Source of the DNA: an uncultured Verrucomicrobiae bacterium
Lineage (GTDB): Bacteria; Verrucomicrobiota; Verrucomicrobiia; Chthoniobacterales; JAATET01
Direction of reading: 5' to 3'
Length of the DNA: 64,000 nt
Assembly (NCBI GenBank): GCA_963719495.1
Contig: CAVRCI010000014.1
Coordinates: 96,001 to 160,000, forward strand
Part shown: positions 51,909 through 61,650 of the stretch, piece after piece
Layout: each line of letters begins with the position of its first letter
Numbering within the stretch: the stretch's first letter is position 1
The notes under the pieces: model-generated
Told to the model about the DNA's origin: nothing
What the model saw: the letters and a program-made list of their open reading frames with translations, nothing else
The model's database searches: none
Translations under genes and position numbers: made by a program

Positions 51909-53369
51909 ATGTCTGATCTCGAATACGTCGCCACGATTGGCCTGGAAGTTCACGTGCAGCTCAAGACCCGGAGCAAGATGTTCTGCGGGTGCGCGGTGGA
52001 GTTTGGCGCTGAGCCGAATACCCACGTTTGCCCGGTCTGTCTCGGGATGCCGGGCGCGCTGCCGGTGATGAACGAGGAGGCGCTGCGGCTGACGGCGCTG
52101 GCGGGGTTGATGCTGGGGTGCGGCATCGCTCCGCGGTGCAAGTTCGACCGGAAGAATTACTTCTACCCGGACATGCCGAAGAACTATCAGATTTCGCAAT
52201 ACGATCTGCCGATTTGCCTGAATGGCGCGGTGCCGTTGCATGACCTCGCTTACCCGAAGGACGCGCAGAAGACGATCTCGACCAAGGACAAACGCGTGCG
52301 GTTGACGCGGATTCATTTGGAGGAGGATGTTGCGAAGAGCACGCACGGCGAGGCCGGGACGGCGATTGATTTCAACCGGGCGGGGACGCCGTTGATGGAG
52401 ATCGTGAGCGAGCCGGACATCGCTTCGCCGGAGGAGGCGTTCGCCTACCTGACGGTGCTGCAGCAGGTGATGATTTATGGTGGCGTGAGCGACGCGGACA
52501 TGGAGAAGGGGATGCTGCGTTGCGACGTGAACGTTTCCGTGGCTCCGGTCGGGTCGAAGGAGTGGGGGACGAAGATCGAGGTGAAGAACATGAACTCGAT
52601 CAGCGGCGTGCGGCGCGCGTTGGCGTTCGAGATCCCGCGGCAGATCGCGGCCTACCGGGCGGGCGAGACTTTGGATCAGGAAACCCGGCGCTGGGACGAC
52701 ACGATCGGTGAGACGACGCTCATGCGGATCAAGGAGTCGGCGCACGATTACCGCTACTTTCCCGATCCGGATTTGCTCCCGGTCGAGACGGCGGATCTCG
52801 TGGCGACGGCTCGGGACCGGATGCCGGAGCTGCCCTGGGACAAGCGGGCGCGGTTCGTGGCGGATTACGAGGTGAGCGAGTCGGACGCGGGGACGTTGGC
52901 GAACGACCTGGCGCTGGCGACGTATTTCGAGACGGCGGCGAAGGGGGCGAAGAAGCCGAAGAGCGTGGCGAATTGGATCCTCAACGACCTGCAGAGTTCG
53001 CTGGCGACGGAGGGCGTGGCGATCGCGGATTGCCCGATTGCACCGGAGGCTTTGGATGAGTTGGTCGGCTTGATCGACGCGGGGAAGATCAGCGGCAAAC
53101 AAGGGAAGGAAGTGTTCGCGGAGATGTTCGCGACGCGGAAAGCGGCGGCGGAAATCGTGAAGGAGAAGGGGCTCGAGCAGGTGAGCGACTCGGGGGCGAT
53201 CGAGGCCTTTGCGGACGAGGTGATTGCGGCGAACCCCGGACCGGTGGCGGAATACAAGGCGGGGAAGACCTCGGTGATCAACTTTCTCAAAGGTCAAGTG
53301 ATGAAGGCTTCGCGGGGGAAGGCGAACCCAGCTCTGGCGGGTGAAGTGCTCGAGCGGAAGCTGGGATAG
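51909..53369 (+). CDS. gatB: Asp/Glu-tRNA amidotransferase subunit B
   Basis: IGLEVHVQL, FDRKNYFYPD, HLEED, NRAGTPLMEIVSEP, YRYFPDPDL, GQVMKASRGKANP. Confidence 0.97.
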   Translation: MSDLEYVATIGLEVHVQLKTRSKMFCGCAVEFGAEPNTHVCPVCLGMPGALPVMNEEALRLTALAGLMLGCGIAPRCKFDRKNYFYPDMPKNYQISQYDLPICLNGAVPLHDLAYPKDAQKTISTKDKRVRLTRIHLEEDVAKSTHGEAGTAIDFNRAGTPLMEIVSEPDIASPEEAFAYLTVLQQVMIYGGVSDADMEKGMLRCDVNVSVAPVGSKEWGTKIEVKNMNSISGVRRALAFEIPRQIAAYRAGETLDQETRRWDDTIGETTLMRIKESAHDYRYFPDPDLLPVETADLVATARDRMPELPWDKRARFVADYEVSESDAGTLANDLALATYFETAAKGAKKPKSVANWILNDLQSSLATEGVAIADCPIAPEALDELVGLIDAGKISGKQGKEVFAEMFATRKAAAEIVKEKGLEQVSDSGAIEAFADEVIAANPGPVAEYKAGKTSVINFLKGQVMKASRGKANPALAGEVLERKLG

Positions 53370-53384
53370 GCGTCGGGGAATACC

Positions 53385-53979
53385 AATACAAATACCGAAC
53401 CACGGCCGAGCGAAGCGAGACAGCCTGTCGGTGCCGAAGCGCCGTTCGATCTTGCCCGTGGCCCGCGGGGGTGGGAGCTACGAGGTGAGCGGAACCGAGG
53501 CTCAGCATGGCGCGCTTGAACCCGCTTTTGGGATCGCGGGAAGAGCCCAGCGCGCGAAGGCTTCGCGGGAGTGCTCGAAGTGGAGCCAAGTGGTGTCCGA
53601 CCCGACGAAGCGGCCCGCCAGATTGAGTCCGGAGGTGTCGTCCACGGCAAGTAGGAGGGTTTGCTCGGAGTTGCCCGGCCACCACTGGTGGATGGAGCTG
53701 TCGTGTTGCCAGAGTTCTCCGATGTGCTCGCGGCGGAAGCGTCGGTAAACCCGGGGCGGGCGGGCCGCAGAGGGCGCCAAGTGCGCGTAGAGTGCTTTGA
53801 CGGGGGCCTCGACCGTGGAGCGCGCCAGCGCGGGAAGCGCCTTTCCGTTGGCCTTCGCTACGCTTCGGCTTCCTCCGAGGCGCTTCCCGCGCTGCTTCCA
53901 AGCCCCCCCAGTCCGGTTTTGAACTGTCTCCCAATCCGGTTTTGCTCCGTCTCTGTCCGGTTTTGCTCCGGCCCCGACA
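53385..53979 (-). mobile_element. Degenerate IS remnant (IS1202/ISNCY-like transposase fragment plus left end)
   Basis: YRRFRREHIGELWQHDSSIHQWW…AVDDTSG…WALP; end TGTCGGGG at 53979 with three TCCGGTTTTG repeats (53912, 53935, 53956). Confidence 0.7.
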
Positions 53980-55810
53980 GCACGGAATTCGGGCCTGAAC
54001 GCGGGCGGTTTTCGAGACCCGACCGGAGGGTGTCCAGGAGGTCGGCGAGGTGGATGGGCTTGGTGAGGAAGCCGTCCATGCCGGCGCTGGCGCAGCGGTG
54101 GCGGTTCTCGGCCATGGCGTCGGCGGAGATGCCGACGATGTGGGTGTGGGTAGTACCGTTCTCGGCGGCGCGGATCCGGCGGGTCGCTTCGCACCCGTCG
54201 ACCTGGGGCATGAAGACGTCCATGAGAATGACGTCGAAAGGTTGGTCGGCGGCCAGGACGATGGCTTCGGAGCCGTCTTTCGCAAATTCCGGCGTGTAGC
54301 CGATTTTGCCCAGAAAGGAGGCGAGCAGCTTGCGGTTGATGGCGACGTCGTCGACGACGAGGATCCGGGCGGGGTGGGTGGCGGCAAGGTGGGGGAATTC
54401 GATGCCGCGGGTGGGCGGGGACGACGGGTCGGGGTGTTGGGCGGGATGGGCCTGGACCGAGAATTGAAAGGTGGAGCCCTCGCCGAGCTGGCTTGCGACG
54501 TCGATCCGGCCGCCCATGAGGTGGCAAAGGTCGCGGCAGATGGCGAGGCCGAGCCCGGTGCCGCCGAAGCGGCGTTGGATGGAGTGGTGGGCTTGGCCGA
54601 AGGGGTTGAAGATGCGTTCGAGGGCTTCCGGTGGAATGCCGTCGCCGGTGTCGCGGACGACGCAGTCGAGGGTGACGGCGGTGGCGGAGGTCTCGCTGGA
54701 TCGAATGCCGATGCGGATCACGCCGTGGTCGGTGAATTTGACCGCATTGCCGACGATGTTCATGAGCATCTGGCGGTAGCGGCCGAAGTCGAGCTCGAGG
54801 ACCTCGGGGACTCCCGGGTCGACGTCGAAGTGGAGCGCGACGTTTTTCTGTTCGGCGAGTTTCGCGAGGGTGGCGATGTCGGGCGCGAGGCATTCGCGGA
54901 AGGCGCCGGTGGTGGGCTGGAGTTCGATGGCTCCGGACTCGATGCGGGCGAGGTCGAGCAGATCGTTGATGAGGCGCAGGAGGGTGCGACCGCTGGAGGC
55001 GATGGTGTCGAGGCTGTCGCGGTGTCCGTCGGAGAGATCGTCGGCGAGGAGGAGGTCGACGAACCCGAGAATGCCGTTGAGGGGGGTGCGCATCTCGTGG
55101 CTCATGGTGGCGAGGAAGGTCGATTTGGCTTCGTTGGCGGCGGCGGCTCGTTCGTGCTCGAGTTGGGCGTCCTCGATGAGGGAGAGGGCGACGCGGCGAC
55201 CGCGTTTGAGCTCGGCGGCCTGCTCGGCGAGTTGGGCGTTGGCTTCGATGAGTTCGCGACGGGTGAGGTCGTTCTCGATGGCGCTGCCGAGGCTGGCGGC
55301 GAAGGCTTCGAGGAGATGGATCTCTTCGACCGCCCAGAGTCGATCCGAGCGACAGTTGTCGAAGCCGACGAAGCCCCAGAATCGGCTGCGGGCGAAAATT
55401 GGGACGACCGCGATGGCGAGGATGTCCTGCGGCTCGAGGAGGATCCGCTCCGAGGCCGGCCGGTCGGCGATCCGGGCCGTGATGGACTCGCGGCGGCGCA
55501 GGGTGTCGCGCCAAGCCGTGAACCCGGGTTCGAAGGGAAGGTTCTGGAGTTCGGCGTTGTCAATTTGCGGGGAGCTCCCCGCGGACGTCCATTCGAAGAG
55601 TTGGCGCATGGCGGCGGGCTCGCCGGAGGTGTCGGGCAGAACGTCGAAGACGTAGACCCGGTCGGCCGAGCTGGCGTCGCCGATGATCTCGAGGGCCGCC
55701 CGGATGCCATCGTCGAACTGGTGCCCGTCGAGGAGCGCCTGCAAGGCCCGGGCGAGGCCGTCGAGGAGCCGGACCTCGCGCTGCGCTTCGCTATTGGACG
55801 GGGTCGACAC
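53858..55810 (-). CDS. Hybrid histidine kinase (GAF, HisKA, HATPase, REC)
   Basis: ADRVYVF…GFVGFD GAF, SHEMRTPLN, GNAVKFT, GGTGLGL, ILMDVFMP; probable GTG start at 55810. Confidence 0.88.
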   Translation of the reverse strand: MSTPSNSEAQREVRLLDGLARALQALLDGHQFDDGIRAALEIIGDASSADRVYVFDVLPDTSGEPAAMRQLFEWTSAGSSPQIDNAELQNLPFEPGFTAWRDTLRRRESITARIADRPASERILLEPQDILAIAVVPIFARSRFWGFVGFDNCRSDRLWAVEEIHLLEAFAASLGSAIENDLTRRELIEANAQLAEQAAELKRGRRVALSLIEDAQLEHERAAAANEAKSTFLATMSHEMRTPLNGILGFVDLLLADDLSDGHRDSLDTIASSGRTLLRLINDLLDLARIESGAIELQPTTGAFRECLAPDIATLAKLAEQKNVALHFDVDPGVPEVLELDFGRYRQMLMNIVGNAVKFTDHGVIRIGIRSSETSATAVTLDCVVRDTGDGIPPEALERIFNPFGQAHHSIQRRFGGTGLGLAICRDLCHLMGGRIDVASQLGEGSTFQFSVQAHPAQHPDPSSPPTRGIEFPHLAATHPARILVVDDVAINRKLLASFLGKIGYTPEFAKDGSEAIVLAADQPFDVILMDVFMPQVDGCEATRRIRAAENGTTHTHIVGISADAMAENRHRCASAGMDGFLTKPIHLADLLDTLRSGLENRPRSGPNSVLSGPEQNRTETEQNRIGRQFKTGLGGLGSSAGSASEEAEA

Positions 55811-57404
55811 GGTAGACGAGGGGTTGATCGTGACGGGCGCAGAGGGCGTTGATCTCGGCCTTGAGCTCGATGATGCGTTCCTCGCGACCGAGCATTGCCC
55901 GGTTGAAGCGCTCGATCTCCGAGAGGCTGTCGCGGAGTTCGGATTCGGCGCGGCGCCGATCCGTGGTGGCGTGGAGGGTGACGACGAGGCCGTCCTCCCA
56001 AGGGGCGGCGGAGATTTGAAACCAATGCCCGTCGCGAGCGTCGCATCCGGCGATCTCTTCGGTGACCGACTCGCCGGATCGCGTGGCGGCCAGGAGGCGG
56101 TCGCGGAGCGATGAGGCGAGGATCTCCGGAAAACACGCTGCGAGTGGCTGGCCGATGAGGCTGTCGGCCGGACGGTCGAGGATGCGCTGCGCGGCGGTAT
56201 TCGTGCGGACGATGACGAAGGTGGGCGGGTCCTGCCCGGCCGCGGGGGCGGCGCGGAGGGCGATGACGCCTTCGACGCTCGACTGGAGGATGCCCGCGAC
56301 GAGGGTGCGCTCGCGCTGCAGCGCGTGGCCATTGGATTGGATCGCGTCGAGCATGCGATTCGCGGCGGAGGCGAGGGTGGCGAATTCGTCGTCGCCGGAG
56401 ATGGCCAGTTGATCGGCGGTGTCGCCGGACTCGGCGACGCGGGTCATTTCGCTGGTGAGGACGGTGATGGGGCGGAGGACCAGCCACTCCATGAGGAGCA
56501 GAAGGCTGAGAATGAGGATGCCACCGCCGAGGATGGGGTAGACCAGGCTTTGCCGCCAACCTTCGATGGCGATGTCGAGGAGGTTGCTCGGGAGGGTGGC
56601 GACGAGACCGACGGGGGCGCCTTCGCTCGCGGGAAGTCGGATGGTGGCCGGGGGCATGGCGTCGGTTTGCCAGATGGATTCGATGGGAGGGAAGGATGCG
56701 GTGGCGGAAGGGATGGTTTCGGCCGGGAGCTCGATGGCGATCTCGTCGAAGGGGGCGGTGCCGACCGGATCTTCGACGGTGAGAGTGAGCACGCCGCTGA
56801 TGCGTTTGGCTTGGTCGAGGATGGTGCCGTCGAGCGTCCGAACGTAGGTCAGGACCCCGAGGGGATCGCCCGAGCCGTCGGTGGGATGAACTCCGGAGCT
56901 GGCGAAGAGCACGGGGCCGGCGGCGGTGTGCAGTAATCCGCGGGCTTGGTCCGTCGCTGGATCGATCCGCGAGCTGAGGATCAGGGCGGAGGCGTCGATC
57001 CCGGCGGGGGTGCCGGGGCGCAGACCGTCCTCGGCGATGTGGGCCGCTCCGACGAGTTGCCCGGCGAGGTCCCAGACGAGGATGACGTCGAAATCGTTGA
57101 TGACGCTGGTGATCTCGTAAAAATTGGCTTCGAGGTAATCCGGTCGATCACCGGCGAGGAATTCGACCGTCTCGTCCCAGAGGGCGTTTTCGGTGACGTC
57201 GGCCTGGAGTTTTTCCGCGGTTTGATCGATCTGAATGACCACGCGCTCGAGTTGTTGGCGGATGGTCGCGGTCTGGAGCTTGCAGACGCTTTCGTTGAGC
57301 CGCATCGACAGGGGGATGAGCATCCCGAGGAGCAGCGCCGCCAAAATGGCCCCGTTGATCAGGACGGCTTTGGACTTGAGCGAAAGCTTCAACTGGCGGG
57401 TCAT
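55791..57404 (-). CDS. CHASE4-HAMP-PAS sensor protein without kinase domain
   Basis: TM, ALWDETVEF (CHASE4-like), TM, VLRPI…DDEFATL HAMP, PAS, ERFNRAMLGREERIIELKAEIN coiled coil. Confidence 0.8.
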   Translation of the reverse strand: MTRQLKLSLKSKAVLINGAILAALLLGMLIPLSMRLNESVCKLQTATIRQQLERVVIQIDQTAEKLQADVTENALWDETVEFLAGDRPDYLEANFYEITSVINDFDVILVWDLAGQLVGAAHIAEDGLRPGTPAGIDASALILSSRIDPATDQARGLLHTAAGPVLFASSGVHPTDGSGDPLGVLTYVRTLDGTILDQAKRISGVLTLTVEDPVGTAPFDEIAIELPAETIPSATASFPPIESIWQTDAMPPATIRLPASEGAPVGLVATLPSNLLDIAIEGWRQSLVYPILGGGILILSLLLLMEWLVLRPITVLTSEMTRVAESGDTADQLAISGDDEFATLASAANRMLDAIQSNGHALQRERTLVAGILQSSVEGVIALRAAPAAGQDPPTFVIVRTNTAAQRILDRPADSLIGQPLAACFPEILASSLRDRLLAATRSGESVTEEIAGCDARDGHWFQISAAPWEDGLVVTLHATTDRRRAESELRDSLSEIERFNRAMLGREERIIELKAEINALCARHDQPLVYRVDPVQ

Positions 57405-57513
57405 GAAGACCCTAACTTATGGTGCTGGTGCGTCTTAGAGCAATTTCTATTCCTTCGTTTGGTGAAACTTAAGTTTCATTGGTGTGCCGCTCGATGAAAC
57501 GTTTGGGACAAAA

Positions 57514-58416
57514 TCAATCCGGCGCGAGGAGGGAGAGGATCGCCTTTTGAGTGTGGAGGCGATTTTCGGCTTGTTGGAAGATCGTGTCTGCGTGGGTTTC
57601 AAGGACTTCATCGGTGATTTCCTTGCCGCGGTAGGCGGGGAGGCAATGGAGGACGAGGGGATGGCCGGACGATTTCAGAAGTTCGGTGTCGATCTGGTAG
57701 CCGGAGAGTTGGGCGATGCGGAAGGCGGATTCTTCCTCCTTGCCCATGCTGACCCAAACGTCGGTGTAGAGGGCGTCGACGCCGTCGGCGGCGGCGCGGA
57801 GGTCGGTGGTGACGTGGATGTTGGAGGCGGAGTTCGCGGCGGCGAGGAGGGTCGGGTCGGGCTGGTATTTCGACGGGGCGGCGATGCGGAGTTCGAACCC
57901 GAGCTTCGAGGCGGCCCAGATCCAGGAGACCGGGACGTTGCAGGCGCCGTCGCCGACGAAGCAGATCTTCATCTTTTCGATGTCCTGGCCGAGCTCGCGC
58001 AGGGTGAAGAGGTCGGCGAGGATCTGGCAGGGGTGTTCCTCGTCGGTGAGGGCGTTGATGGTGGGGATGCCGCTGTATTCGGCGAATTCCTCGACGTCGG
58101 TCTGCGCGAAGGTGCGGATGACGGCTCCGTGGAGCATGCGGCCCATGACGCGGGCGGTGTCCTTGATGGGTTCGCCGCGGCCGAGTTGGATCTCGCGGGA
58201 GGACATGAAGACGGGGTCGCCGCCGAGTTCACGGATGCCGACCTCGAAGCTGACGCGGGTGCGGGTGGAGCTTTTGGAAAAAAGGATGGCCCAGCACTGG
58301 TGGCGCAGCGGGTGCTCGGCGTGGTGGCCGCGGGAGCGCTTCATGGTGGCCGAGAGATCGACGATCTCGAGGATTTCGTCGCGGGAGAGCGCGGCGATGG
58401 AGAGGAGGTTTTTCAT
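57514..58416 (-). CDS. argF: Ornithine carbamoyltransferase
   Basis: SSTRTRVSFE, HPCQILAD, YTDVWVSMG, HCLP, QAENRLH; ATG at 58416. Confidence 0.96.
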   Translation of the reverse strand: MKNLLSIAALSRDEILEIVDLSATMKRSRGHHAEHPLRHQCWAILFSKSSTRTRVSFEVGIRELGGDPVFMSSREIQLGRGEPIKDTARVMGRMLHGAVIRTFAQTDVEEFAEYSGIPTINALTDEEHPCQILADLFTLRELGQDIEKMKICFVGDGACNVPVSWIWAASKLGFELRIAAPSKYQPDPTLLAAANSASNIHVTTDLRAAADGVDALYTDVWVSMGKEEESAFRIAQLSGYQIDTELLKSSGHPLVLHCLPAYRGKEITDEVLETHADTIFQQAENRLHTQKAILSLLAPD

Positions 58417-58422
58417 GCGATG

Positions 58423-58825
58423 CGAAATGCTTTGAACAAATGGTAACGAAGGGAACGAAGGATACAGAAGGGGATTCGATACAAATGCGTTTTGAACAGA
58501 ACACCAGAAGCTGGGAGCACCGGCGGCTGGGAAGCCGCGGGGCAGACTACTTTGGCTCTGCAATGTAGCCCGAAGGGCGAGACGAGCGGGAGCGAGCGAG
58601 TCAACACTCGGGGTCGACTACTTTGGCTCTGCAATGTAGCCTGAAGGGCGAGACACTGGAGCCGACTGGAGCCGACTGGAGTCGAGCGACAGAGCCTGCC
58701 GATTGGCAGCCCAAAGGGCGGCGCTGCGGGAACAGCGACGGCAACCGGGAGCGAGCGAGTCAACTTACACCGTCCGGAATGCAAATACGGTTTTTGAACA
58801 GAAGACCGCGAAGAGCGCGAAGGGG
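58423..58825. repeat. Composite intergenic repeat cluster
   Basis: 39 bp DR (58545-58583, 58616-58654), 19 bp DR (58587-58605, 58746-58764), (ACTGGAGCCG)x3 at 58655-58684, TTTGAACA(G/A)A x3. Confidence 0.8.
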
Positions 58826-58839
58826 TGAAAGAAGCTGAA

Positions 58840-61599
58840 TTACATCCAGCGGCGGAGCGTTTCGGCGAAGCGGTTGTAGAAGAAGCCGATGAGGAGGAGG
58901 ACCGTGCCGAGGACGACGAAGCTGAGGATCCGGGTGAGGGTGTCGAATTGCCAGACGTCGAAGAGCACGAGTCGACCGATCGCGGCGAGGAGGATGCCGA
59001 GTCCGGCGTGGCGGTAGGTGCGCTCGCGGAGCGCGAAGCCGAGAGCGAGGATGGCGGTCGCGAGGAGGGACCACGACGCGGTGATGAGGATGCCGTCGGC
59101 AAAGGTGGCGACGAGCCGGCCGACGGTCAGCCAAAGGCCCGCGATCGCGACGAGGCTGAGCGCCGCTTGGATGGGCGATGTGAAATCGGGAAGCGGTTGG
59201 CGTTTTCCGATTTGCTGAGCGGCGAGGAGGAGTGGGAATCCGAACGCGTCGGGAAGGAACGCGGGGTGGCCGGTGAGAAGCCGTGCTCCGAAGACCGCCA
59301 AGCCGACGGCGGCGAGGGCGGCGGCTTGATGAATGATCTCACGACCCGGGACGCGGGTGGCGGCGGTCAGGAAGGCCAGGCCGCTGGCGGTGAAGATCAG
59401 GAAATGCCATTGGCCGGGGGTGAAGACGAGGACGATGCCGCTCGCCAGAACGAAGGTGATCGCCCGCAGGAATCGACGGGCGTGGAGGAGCGGGGTCGCG
59501 CTTCGAGCGGGGGCTCGGGCGGCGAGGGCTGCGATCACGAGCGACTGCGAGAAAATGAGGGCGGTCGCGAGGGTGGTCTCCAGCCACGAGTCGCGGAAAA
59601 CGATCGCGTGGGCCGTCAGCGCGGTCGCGGCCAGGGTGAAAAGGGCGCTGCCAGCGGCGATGGTCCAGGCGCGGGTCGCGAATCCGTAGACCAGGAGGAT
59701 CAGGGCCAGAACCGCGAAAAGGATTGGGAAGGGGCTCTCCGGTGAAAGGTTGATCATCCACTTCGCGAGGGCCGCGAGTGGGAGGATGGTGTGCAGGGCC
59801 TGACCAGTGAGCGAGGTCTCCGCCGAGGCCGGGAGGGCGCGCTGGCGCTGCCACCAATGGACCAGGGCGAGTCCCGAAATGAGAACAAAGGACAGAGGAA
59901 GGAGGTCGGTCGGAGCTGCCTGGAACCACAGCGCACCGCCGAGGATCACGAAGGTCTGCCCGATGAGGGCGAGTTCCGGGAGGCGGGTCAGGCGGACCGC
60001 GAACGGTGCCGCGAGACCGAAAGCGAGGAACCAAGCGAGACGGGCGTCGCCGGTCGTGGTCTGGAAAATGACGGCCCCGGTGAGGAACGTCGCGAGCGAG
60101 ACGAACGCGGCGGCTCGGTATTGCAACGAAAGCGGTGCGAGCACATTGCGCTGGAGTTTGAAGAGGAACGCGCAGCTGCCGAGGATCGTGGCGACGGCGA
60201 TTGCCACGAGGGCGGCGTGGTGAACTCCGGCGACGAGCGATTCCGTTGCAAGACCGGTCGCGAGCACGGCGGCCAGGGCGGAGAAGATTTGGTAGATGCG
60301 ACCGTGTCGACCGAGGCTCAGTTTGAGCAGGAGCGCGCTCTGGAAGGCGAAGATGAGGGCGCGCTGGTAACCGGTGAATTCGAGGAGGACCCCGGCGAAG
60401 ACGAGGCCGAGGCCCTGCGTGAGGTAAGTGCCGCTGGTGCTCGCGTTGAGCCGGGACAGTCCGATGAGTGCCGCACCGAAGACCAGGGTCGACCAGCCGA
60501 GGGCGTCGGGGTGCGTCCCGGCGATGACGGGCGCGATGAGGCCGTAGAAAGCGGCGTTGTTGAACGTGAGAAAGGTGGTGAGCTGGTCCTTCGGGAAGAC
60601 GCGGTCGCGACCGAGAATGACGGCGGTCGTGAAGACGACCCAGTAGCAGGCGGGGAACGCGATGGCCGTCCAGAATAGCGTTTCGGAAGGGGCGTCGAAG
60701 TCCGAGATGGTTCCGGTATTGACGAGCCGCCAGAACGCGAAAGCGCCGTAGGTCCCGACGAGGCTGAGGAAGGTGACGGTCGTCCAGCGGTGACGCAGGA
60801 GGAGGACGACGCCGACCTTGGCGAGGACGAGGTTGCTGAAGAGCGAGAATTCCGTGAGGGGATTGATCGCGGCGGTGTAGAACGCGAGCGCGATCGTGAC
60901 GGCGGCGATGGTCTGGGACCGGAGTCGGTCGGCGAGCCAGAGGATGGCTCCGCCGCAGGCGAGCAGCAGAGTGCCGCCGAGGAGGGAATTGGTGATGACG
61001 CGGAGTGGCTCGACGAAGTGGGCGGCGTAGGCGGCGTAGTAGGCGGTGGCGAGGGCTCCGCCGGTGAGGACGCGGCCGTAATTCGCGAGGCTGGCCCGGC
61101 GACGGACGAAATGCCCGATGCCGGCAAGGGCCCCCGCGGCGAGGACGAGGAGAGCGAGCTTCCCGGCGGGGCCGAGGCGCGGGATGAATTCGTGGTAGGC
61201 GAAGTTGCCGAGGAAGACGAGGCCGGTGAGCAGGACGACGATGCCGATGCGGACGAGCCAGACGCGACCGATCTGGAGCTCGACGTCGGAATTGGACCCG
61301 GCGGGCGTGCTCGAGGATTTGGGCGGCGCGGGCGGCGGAGTGGGTTTTGGCTCTTCGACCGCGGGTGGGAGCGGCGGGACTTCGACTTTCGGGCGCAGCG
61401 GCGCGGGGGCGGCGTTTTCGGGTGGGAGGAAGTGCTCTCGCTTCGCTCGAGTCAGGTCGATGCGATCGGCTGGAAGCCGATCGCGACACGCGGGACGCGT
61501 GTGCTCCCCAGCTTGGCGCTCGAGGGTGGTGATGCGATTTTCGAGCCGGTCGTGGATCGCTCGGATGGACCGGACTTCGGCGGTGAATGCTTCGTTCAT
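58840..61599 (-). CDS. DUF2339-like multi-pass membrane protein
   Basis: Pro-rich N-terminus, ELQIGRVWLVRIG, many TMs, KL/RLVLFD…RILSF C-terminus. Confidence 0.85.
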   Translation of the reverse strand: MNEAFTAEVRSIRAIHDRLENRITTLERQAGEHTRPACRDRLPADRIDLTRAKREHFLPPENAAPAPLRPKVEVPPLPPAVEEPKPTPPPAPPKSSSTPAGSNSDVELQIGRVWLVRIGIVVLLTGLVFLGNFAYHEFIPRLGPAGKLALLVLAAGALAGIGHFVRRRASLANYGRVLTGGALATAYYAAYAAHFVEPLRVITNSLLGGTLLLACGGAILWLADRLRSQTIAAVTIALAFYTAAINPLTEFSLFSNLVLAKVGVVLLLRHRWTTVTFLSLVGTYGAFAFWRLVNTGTISDFDAPSETLFWTAIAFPACYWVVFTTAVILGRDRVFPKDQLTTFLTFNNAAFYGLIAPVIAGTHPDALGWSTLVFGAALIGLSRLNASTSGTYLTQGLGLVFAGVLLEFTGYQRALIFAFQSALLLKLSLGRHGRIYQIFSALAAVLATGLATESLVAGVHHAALVAIAVATILGSCAFLFKLQRNVLAPLSLQYRAAAFVSLATFLTGAVIFQTTTGDARLAWFLAFGLAAPFAVRLTRLPELALIGQTFVILGGALWFQAAPTDLLPLSFVLISGLALVHWWQRQRALPASAETSLTGQALHTILPLAALAKWMINLSPESPFPILFAVLALILLVYGFATRAWTIAAGSALFTLAATALTAHAIVFRDSWLETTLATALIFSQSLVIAALAARAPARSATPLLHARRFLRAITFVLASGIVLVFTPGQWHFLIFTASGLAFLTAATRVPGREIIHQAAALAAVGLAVFGARLLTGHPAFLPDAFGFPLLLAAQQIGKRQPLPDFTSPIQAALSLVAIAGLWLTVGRLVATFADGILITASWSLLATAILALGFALRERTYRHAGLGILLAAIGRLVLFDVWQFDTLTRILSFVVLGTVLLLIGFFYNRFAETLRRWM

Positions 61600-61650
61600 G
61601 CCGCTGGTTTTATCCGAAATCTTCGGATTCCCGAAATCGATAAAGATTTC

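Noticed and set aside
58545..58764. CRISPR array
   Set aside because: Only two copies of the 39 bp repeat, the spacer is itself repeated, and no cas genes are present
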